Notes under the pieces: generated by a model
Told to the model about the DNA's origin: nothing
The model's database searches: none
The model's input: only the letters and a program-made list of their open reading frames with translations
Part shown: one piece after another, positions 26,351 to 32,000 of the stretch
How the letters are laid out: every line of letters starts with the position of its first letter
Position numbering within the stretch: position 1 is the first letter of the stretch
Origin: Cylindrospermopsis raciborskii Cr2010
GTDB lineage: Bacteria; Cyanobacteriota; Cyanobacteriia; Cyanobacteriales; Nostocaceae
Assembly (NCBI RefSeq): GCF_003367075.2
Contig: NZ_CP065936.1
Coordinates: 3,060,001-3,092,000 of the forward strand
Length of the DNA: 32,000 bases
Direction: 5' to 3'
Made by a program: the position numbers and the translations under genes

Positions 26351-27220
26351 CTAACGCAATTTACTCTTGCGACCTAAAAAACGAGAGAGCAAACTAAAAA
26401 ATAAAACTAAACTCAGTAGTATTATAGAGGTAGTCCAAACCAATTGATTAACTTTAGGATCGGGACTATTGTACAAATTAAAAATTAATACTGGTAAGGA
26501 CGCTGTGGGACTGATTAGACCATCTGACCAGTTTTGACTAAATAGCGCTGTAAAAATCAATGGCGCAGTTTCACCAGCTGCACGAGCGATCGCCAGGGAT
26601 ACACCAGTGGTAATCCCAGGTATAGCTGATTTTACTACTATTCTAAATGTGGTTTGCAGTTTTGTTCCTCCTAAAGCTGCAGAAGCTAGTCTCTGATGCA
26701 CTGGAACTAGCTTGAGTGCTTCCTCTGTGGTCAGGGTAATGACGGGTAACATGATTACGGAAAGAGCAAATCCCCCCGCTAAAGCACTAAACTCTTTAGT
26801 GGTTAGTACAACTACACCATAGGCAAACATGCCCACTACAATGGAGGGTACACCGGTGAGTATAGAAGTGAGGAATCGCACCAATTTATTGATTTGGCTG
26901 TTCTTGGCAAATTCTGCCAAAAATATGCCGGTTATGACTCCCACAGGTACGCTGAGTAGAGTAGCAATACTAACCATAAGTAGAGTACCCAGAATAGCAT
27001 TGGCAAAGCCATTATCAATTAGGGGGAGATAAAACATTTCTAGTTTTAAACTAGAACTCCCCCGGGATATAATTTCCCATATAATTGATCCTAATGGTAA
27101 AAATGCCAGCAGACTTAGTATGAAGGATAAACCATTCATCAAATAACTAAATAACAGTCTATTGGGTGGTAGGGGATCTAATAATTCCCTAGCAAAAGAT
27201 TCGTCTGTTCCGGAATTCAT
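26351..27220 (-). CDS. pstA: Phosphate ABC transporter permease PstA
   Basis: 289-aa polytopic membrane ORF with an EAA-like loop (EEALKLVPVHQRLASAALGGTKLQTTFRIV) and ARAAGETAPL. Positioned between pstC and pstB. Confidence 0.9.
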   Translation of the reverse strand: MNSGTDESFARELLDPLPPNRLLFSYLMNGLSFILSLLAFLPLGSIIWEIISRGSSSLKLEMFYLPLIDNGFANAILGTLLMVSIATLLSVPVGVITGIFLAEFAKNSQINKLVRFLTSILTGVPSIVVGMFAYGVVVLTTKEFSALAGGFALSVIMLPVITLTTEEALKLVPVHQRLASAALGGTKLQTTFRIVVKSAIPGITTGVSLAIARAAGETAPLIFTALFSQNWSDGLISPTASLPVLIFNLYNSPDPKVNQLVWTTSIILLSLVLFFSLLSRFLGRKSKLR

Positions 27221-27317
27221 ATGGGTAAATGGTAGGTAAACTGAGTGATTTGTGATGGGTAATTTTATGTGGGCAATTTTCGGCGCAAACTAAATCAGAA
27301 TTTCTATTGGCATACCA

Positions 27318-28316
27318 CTAAGAGTTCTTTTTGCCAACCCACTGAACTAATAGTACAGCAGCAATATTCACAGCTAGAGTTAATACAAACAAAATTAGTC
27401 CTAAATAACTTAATGCACCAATATGTAATCCCGGCTCCGCTTCGGCAAATTCATTAGCTATAACAGCGGGAATTGTATAGGCTGGATCAAGCAAAGAAAG
27501 ACTAATTTGGGCTGAGTTACCAATTACCATAGTTACTGCCATGGTCTCACCCAAAGCACGTCCTAAAGCCAACATGGCCGCACTTACCATACCTGAAAAT
27601 CCCGCAGGTAATAACACTCGAAATATGGTTTCCCAGCGTGTTCCACCTAAAGCCATGGATGCGGTTCTTAATTCCCGAGGAACTACCATTAACACATCAC
27701 GAGAAATGGCAGCCATCGTGGGTAAAATCATAATAGACAAGATAATTCCAGCGGTCAACATATTATTACCTGCTGGATCCTGAGTGTTAAATAAAGGTAT
27801 AAATTGGAGAAAGTTACTAATCCCCTTTTGTAAAGGCTCTATTACAGGGATAAATACAAATATTCCCCATAAACCAATAATTACACTGGGAATAGCTGCA
27901 ATTAGTTCTACCACAAAAGCAATGGTGTTTCTAACTGGTAAGGGCAAAAAGTCCTCACTCGTAACCAAGGCCACAGATATACCCACAGGTACAGTTAACA
28001 AAATAGCGATCGCACTGCTGACCAAAGTTCCATAAATATAAGTTAACGCTCCAAATAACTGATTACCTGTATCCCAATCTTGGTCCCAGAGAAATCCTAA
28101 ACCAAATTGGAGAACAGCGGGTTGAGCTTCTTTGAAGATGACTAAAGTCATGACAATTAATATTGTCACAGTGACCGCAGCAAAGAAATAAACTAAAAAT
28201 GTGAATCCCTGATCAAGGCGGAAATTTAATCCACCACTTACCTGTAGGTCTAAATTTTGATCACCACTCACATAGGCGCGGGAGTGGTCTTCACTTGGTG
28301 GAAATGATTCATTCAT
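27318..28316 (-). CDS. pstC: Phosphate ABC transporter permease PstC
   Basis: 332-aa polytopic membrane ORF with RELRTASMALGGTRWETIFRVLLP and GRALGETMAV motifs. Directly downstream of pstS. Confidence 0.9.
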   Translation of the reverse strand: MNESFPPSEDHSRAYVSGDQNLDLQVSGGLNFRLDQGFTFLVYFFAAVTVTILIVMTLVIFKEAQPAVLQFGLGFLWDQDWDTGNQLFGALTYIYGTLVSSAIAILLTVPVGISVALVTSEDFLPLPVRNTIAFVVELIAAIPSVIIGLWGIFVFIPVIEPLQKGISNFLQFIPLFNTQDPAGNNMLTAGIILSIMILPTMAAISRDVLMVVPRELRTASMALGGTRWETIFRVLLPAGFSGMVSAAMLALGRALGETMAVTMVIGNSAQISLSLLDPAYTIPAVIANEFAEAEPGLHIGALSYLGLILFVLTLAVNIAAVLLVQWVGKKNS

Positions 28317-28441
28317 GGTGGGAAATCATATTAAAAAAAGAACAAAAATTTGAGTGACTGCTCGAGTTGATATAGAGTGACTAAAGGGGGATGGGGCTCG
28401 TTAAAAGCCAAACCACCTTTCCCCCATTTTTTAAAAAAGCC

Positions 28442-29479
28442 TTACTTAACAGTGCTATTCACAGTTTGTAAAACCCGATTAACCACGTCCTGAGGTATTT
28501 TTGTGTAATTTAGGTCGTCATTAAACTGCTGACCATCTTTAAGTACCCAGTTAATCCACTTTTTGATAGCATCAGCTTTAGAAGGATTAGAGTACTTTTG
28601 ATAAATCATCATCCAGGTTAAACCAACAATGGGATAACCCTGGGCTGGATCACCAACAAATACGCGATAGTTTGCAGGAAAGGTCACGGTTGATAGAGCT
28701 GCATTAGAAGCTGCTAAAGAAGGAGCGACAAATTCTCCTTTCCTGTTCTGTATTTCTGCAGATCTGAGGTTGTTTTTGGTAGCATAGTCATATTCTACAT
28801 AACCAATAGACCCAGGAGTACGAGCTACTAAAGCAGCTACACCGGGATTTCCTTTTCCTTTTAAAACGTTGGGTAGAGTCCATTTTGGTGCGGTATTAGC
28901 TCCTATTCTACCCTTGAAATAAGGATTTATAGAACTGAGATGATTGGTGAAGATAAAGGTTGTACCGCTACCATCCGCACGAACTGCAAATCTGATTGGT
29001 TGATTTGGTAGGTTAACACCAGGGTTATCTGCTTTAATTTGCTGATCATCCCAATTAGTAATTTTACCAGAAAAGATGTCAGGTAAGGTTTTACGAGACA
29101 GTCTTAGTCTATTGACTCCTGGTAGGTTATAAACCACGGAAACCGCACCACCAGCTGTTGGTACTAAAATTACACCGTTTTTAACTTTAGCTATTTCGTC
29201 ATCTTTCATAGCTGCATCGCTGGCACCAAAATCTACTGTGCCCGCAATAGTTTGACGAATACCACCACCACTACCAATCGCTTGGTAATTAACTTTCAAT
29301 TCTGGATGTTTCTTTCTCACTTCCCTTGCATAACGCTCATACAAAGGAGCAGGAAAGGTCGCACCTGCACCATTTAATGTCTCAGCTTGAGCAATTGCTG
29401 TTAATAATGGACTAAAACCTAGGACTGTTGTTAGTGCTGCTGTAGAAACTACCGGACGGAAAATAGTGGTTAATGTCAT
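28442..29479 (-). CDS. pstS: Periplasmic phosphate-binding protein PstS
   Basis: 345 aa. A signal peptide is followed by LNGAGATFPAPLYERY, plus GSGGG and DGSGTT motifs typical of PstS. GAGG Shine-Dalgarno about 6 nt before the ATG. Confidence 0.93.
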   Translation of the reverse strand: MTLTTIFRPVVSTAALTTVLGFSPLLTAIAQAETLNGAGATFPAPLYERYAREVRKKHPELKVNYQAIGSGGGIRQTIAGTVDFGASDAAMKDDEIAKVKNGVILVPTAGGAVSVVYNLPGVNRLRLSRKTLPDIFSGKITNWDDQQIKADNPGVNLPNQPIRFAVRADGSGTTFIFTNHLSSINPYFKGRIGANTAPKWTLPNVLKGKGNPGVAALVARTPGSIGYVEYDYATKNNLRSAEIQNRKGEFVAPSLAASNAALSTVTFPANYRVFVGDPAQGYPIVGLTWMMIYQKYSNPSKADAIKKWINWVLKDGQQFNDDLNYTKIPQDVVNRVLQTVNSTVK

Positions 29480-29500
29480 GTTACCTCGTGTTTAAGGGAT

Positions 29501-29506
29501 ATTATA
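29501..29506 (-). promoter_or_regulatory. Candidate -10 hexamer (TATAAT on minus strand) of the pstS promoter
   Basis: Plus-strand ATTATA at 29501-29506 reads as a perfect TATAAT on the pstS strand. It lies 22 nt upstream of the start codon and downstream of the Pho boxes. Motif match only. Confidence 0.3.
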
Positions 29507-29559
29507 CTAGCCATTGTTTGCTTGACGAAGTTACGTCCCAAATCTAGCTTTATGCCCAC

Positions 29560-29633
29560 TGATTAAGATTTTTTTAATAGAAGCTAAATAAAAGATTAAG
29601 GTTTGGTTAAGATTTGATTGAGAATTTTTTAAG
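29560..29633 (-). promoter_or_regulatory. Pho-box cluster (SphR/PhoB-type binding repeats) upstream of pstS
   Basis: On the pstS strand, 8-mers match the cyanobacterial Pho-box consensus PyTTAAPyPy(T/A) at exact 11-bp phasing. These are CTTAATCT (29593-29600), CTTAACCA (29604-29611), CTCAATCA (29615-29622) and CTTAAAAA (29626-29633). A further CTTAATCA at 29560-29567 sits 33 bp away, in phase. Confidence 0.55.
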
Positions 29634-29728
29634 TATATTGGAATACAAGCGCTGTGCAAGGTGATTTGGGTTGCCCTCTAAGAAGAGTTGGGTAAAAATG
29701 GAAGGTAAGAGGTTTTCTGAGGTTAAAA

Positions 29729-31033
29729 ATGTCGTTTTCATCATCTGAAGTTGCTCAAACCCCTAACTCCCGACTAGCTACCACAGAAAGCCATGATTAT
29801 GATTTGATGATTGTGGGTGGTGGTATTGTTGGTTTAACTTTAGCTGCTGCTTTGAAGGATTCAGGCTTAACTGTTCTTTTGGTGGAAGCTCAGGTGACAT
29901 CCACAGCGGTAGCTAAGGGACAAGCCTATGCTATACACATGTTATCAGCACGTATTTTTCAGGGTATTGGTATTTGGGGAAAAATTCTCCCTCACATTGC
30001 CAAGTATAGACAAGTGTTTCTATCGGATGCTGAATATCCAAATGTAGTCAAATTTCAAACATCCGATTTGGGGGGAGAAACACCGGAACTGGGTTATGTG
30101 GCAGAGCATTTTGCCCTGTTGGAACCCCTCCAGGAATTTGTCAGAACTTGTGCCAATGTGACTTATTTGTGTCCTGCTACTGTGGTTAGCACTAAAACTA
30201 GTGGGGATATAGTAACTGTAAATATTCAAATAAATGGTGCAGATCAAGTGTTTCGCACTAAATTAATGGTAGCTGCTGATGGTTCTAAGTCCCCTCTTCG
30301 TCAAGCTGCAGGAATTAAAACGAAGGGTTGGAAATATTGGCAGTCTTGTATAGTCGCTTTTGTCAGACCTGAGAAGTCCCACAACTACACCGCTTATGAA
30401 AAGTTTTGGCAAAGTGGGCCCTTTGCCATTTTACCCCTAACTGGTAATAGGTGTCGTATTGTGTGGACTGCTCCCCATGAAGAAGCTAAGACCCTGTGCA
30501 CTTTAAGTGATGAGGAATTTTTGGCAGAATTGACTCGTCGCTATGGTCACCAGATGGGTAAATTAGAATTGCTGGGAGAGCGGTTTGTTTTTCAGGTACA
30601 GTTAATGCAAAGCGATCGCTATGTTCTCCCCCGGTTGGCTTTGGTGGGTGATGCAGCTCATAACTGTCATCCCGTGGGTGGACAGGGTTTAAATTTAGGT
30701 ATCCGGGATGCTGCTGCTTTAGCTGAAGTTATTCAAACAGCTCACCAGCAAGGAAAAGATATTGGTAACATCCAGATTCTGCAGCAGTATGAACGCTGGC
30801 GCAAAAATGAAAATTTGGCGATTTTAGGGTTTACAGACCTATTAGACCGTATATTCTCCAATAACATCTTACCTATGGTCATTATTCGTCGTCTAGGTTT
30901 ATGGTTAATGCAGAGGATACCCATATTAAAGGTTTTTGCCCTAAAATTAATGATTGGTTTCCAGGGTAGAACCCCCCAATTAGCTCAATTATCGCTAAAT
31001 ACCAACTTCCATGGACTAAATAACCAGTTATGA
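29729..31033 (+). CDS. FAD-dependent aromatic hydroxylase, UbiH/UbiF/Coq6 family (probable prenylquinone biosynthesis monooxygenase)
   Basis: 434 aa. N-terminal dinucleotide fold YDLMIVGGGIVGLTLAAAL, plus LVGDAAHNCHPVGGQGLNLGIRDA typical of the UbiH family. The substrate cannot be assigned from sequence. Confidence 0.85.
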   Translation: MSFSSSEVAQTPNSRLATTESHDYDLMIVGGGIVGLTLAAALKDSGLTVLLVEAQVTSTAVAKGQAYAIHMLSARIFQGIGIWGKILPHIAKYRQVFLSDAEYPNVVKFQTSDLGGETPELGYVAEHFALLEPLQEFVRTCANVTYLCPATVVSTKTSGDIVTVNIQINGADQVFRTKLMVAADGSKSPLRQAAGIKTKGWKYWQSCIVAFVRPEKSHNYTAYEKFWQSGPFAILPLTGNRCRIVWTAPHEEAKTLCTLSDEEFLAELTRRYGHQMGKLELLGERFVFQVQLMQSDRYVLPRLALVGDAAHNCHPVGGQGLNLGIRDAAALAEVIQTAHQQGKDIGNIQILQQYERWRKNENLAILGFTDLLDRIFSNNILPMVIIRRLGLWLMQRIPILKVFALKLMIGFQGRTPQLAQLSLNTNFHGLNNQL

Positions 31034-31072
31034 TTAAGTGGGTGAGTGGAATTAAATATAAGACCAACGTAG

Positions 31073-31097
31073 GTTGGGTTGAAGTATGAAACCCAAC
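31073..31097. other. Short perfect hairpin (8-bp stem, 9-nt loop) downstream of the hydroxylase gene
   Basis: GTTGGGTT (31073-31080) / AACCCAAC (31090-31097) with loop GAAGTATGA. No following T-tract, so it is not a canonical terminator. It resembles the ..GGTTGGGTT..AACCCAAC.. small dispersed hairpin repeats I recall from filamentous cyanobacteria. Confidence 0.4.
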
Positions 31098-31153
31098 ACC
31101 ACGGGTCTCGTTACTCGACCCATCCTACAAATAATTGTGCCTCCCTACTTACT

Positions 31154-31759
31154 ATGATTACAAAAACTACTAAATTGATATCGCTTGTATCGGTTATTTC
31201 ACTTCCCTTAGTTAGTTTGTTTATACATAATCACTACACAACTGGTCAAACTCCAACTATTAGCCAATTAGCACAAGTAAAATCCATATGGCAGCGGTTT
31301 TCCTCCCAGGAAGGAAAATTTAGCGTGTTGTTTCCGGGTACACCAAGGCTTAGCCAGCAAAAGATGACCAGTGATAATGGGGAACTACAGGTAAATCTAT
31401 TTACCGTAAATCGTCCCCAGGAGGAGGCAAAATATACGGTTGCCTACATTGATTATCCAGCACAATACATTCAATTGTTACGAAGTAGAAATCTGGTGGA
31501 ACAAGCTATAGAGCAGGGCAAAAGTACAGCATTAGAGAGAGTTCGGGGAACTATTGTCAGTGAGGAAAAAAAGACCTTGGGTGATAACGTGGGTATAGAA
31601 GTAAATTATACTACTCCTGCCGGGAAAGTTGTCAAGCAGAGAGTATTTTTAATTGACAACAGATTTTATCAGATTACTGCGGAAACCACTCAAAAAAGAC
31701 AAAGGTTTTTGACTAGAAGTATGCAGGGTTTTTGTGATTCTTTTAAGTTGTTACCATAA
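31154..31759 (+). CDS. Hypothetical exported or membrane-anchored protein (201 aa)
   Basis: ATG 31154 gives MITKTTKLISLVSVISLPLVSLF, a signal or anchor helix. The track's TTG 31079 start lies inside the hairpin and adds a non-hydrophobic leader. No recognisable domain. Confidence 0.55.
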   Translation: MITKTTKLISLVSVISLPLVSLFIHNHYTTGQTPTISQLAQVKSIWQRFSSQEGKFSVLFPGTPRLSQQKMTSDNGELQVNLFTVNRPQEEAKYTVAYIDYPAQYIQLLRSRNLVEQAIEQGKSTALERVRGTIVSEEKKTLGDNVGIEVNYTTPAGKVVKQRVFLIDNRFYQITAETTQKRQRFLTRSMQGFCDSFKLLP

Positions 31760-31882
31760 GGTTATGTTCCCAAAATGCGCCTTGGTGTCGAATATCCTTT
31801 GAAATGGCAGATTGATTCCCAAAGTTTTTGAGCTAGTGCTAGATTGGCACAAAACCGTTGGCTAGGCTAGAAGTAAGTATCC

Positions 31883-32000
31883 ATGTTAAAAAAACTACAA
31901 AACAAGCAAGTCTATTTGATTACAGGAGCGGGGCTCGGCGCCTTTCTCTTAGGTGTGGGGTTCTCATTTCCCCAGGCGCAAAAAACCTTGAGCAAATGGT
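31883..32000 (+). CDS. 3'-partial hypothetical CDS running off the window end
   Basis: ATG 31883 opens MLKKLQNKQVYLITGAGLGAFLLGVGFSFPQAQKTLSKW..., with a TM-like segment. The frame is open to nt 32000. It is too short to classify. Confidence 0.3.
   Translation, partial: MLKKLQNKQVYLITGAGLGAFLLGVGFSFPQAQKTLSKW

Noticed and set aside
25213-28035. Short ORFs overlapping or antisense to ldcA, pstB, pstA and pstC (25213-25407, 25273-25455, 25625-25885, 26829-27032, 27269-27457, 27541-27783, 27784-28035)
   Set aside because: They are embedded in confidently assigned genes and are typical shadow ORFs.
28383-28430. G-rich/C-rich complementary segments between pstS and pstC (AAAGGGGGATGGGG ... CCTTTCCCCCAT) as an intercistronic attenuator hairpin
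   Set aside because: The possible pairings are short (5-6 bp), mutually exclusive and separated by a loop of about 25 nt. The T-tract follows on the wrong strand for pst transcription. This is not convincing without folding calculations.
30020-31067. Antisense ORFs within the UbiH-family gene (30020-30247, 30742-30924, 30882-31067)
   Set aside because: They are embedded opposite a gene with clear FAD-binding motifs and are shadow ORFs.

Overview
The window looks like cyanobacterial chromosome. This is inferred from at least 11 HIP1 octamers (GCGATCGC), phylloquinone menB, long-form ispH, a CHASE2-Ser/Thr kinase and SphR/PhoB-type Pho boxes. Gene content looks Nostocales-like, but I cannot assign a species.

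Ordinary genes flank both sides. On the left are a 5'-partial TamB/DUF490-like gene, a solo sugar-type ABC permease and pyruvate kinase. On the right are a small membrane protein, a CHASE2-Ser/Thr kinase, a decayed ammonium-transporter pseudogene, ispH, menB, a small Cys-rich ORF, an LD-carboxypeptidase with a Tat-like signal, a pstSCAB operon on the minus strand with phased Pho boxes, a UbiH/Coq6-family flavin hydroxylase and two hypothetical genes.

The outstanding feature lies at about 3.7-17.7 kb, roughly 14 kb of the 32 kb. It is a head-to-tail array of nine paralogous genes on the plus strand, separated by spacers of only 27, 36 or 58 nt. Each encodes a former-DUF1703 protein: an N-terminal P-loop AAA-ATPase_like domain (RPRRFGKS, VLVDEYD) fused to a C-terminal PD-(D/E)XK nuclease domain (PDDEXK_9; D...E-I-K).

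The copies are not simple duplicates. Catalytic motifs are invariant, while variation sits in a few sharply bounded, length-preserving cassettes: 2 N-termini, 3 mid-ATPase inserts and 2 C-half cassettes. All eight full-length copies carry a different combination. Copy 1 has an in-frame 468-bp deletion of the ATPase core.

Two tracts of about 1.69 kb are base-for-base identical to their neighbour and are longer than one repeat period. Copy 9 is a patchwork of segments identical to copies 8 kb away. This indicates ongoing unequal crossing-over and gene conversion.

I saw no transposase, integrase, reverse transcriptase or recombinase in the window. I propose the array as a candidate diversifying NTPase-nuclease (defence-like) system of unknown function. 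The caveat is that perfect repeats of this kind are prone to mis-assembly.
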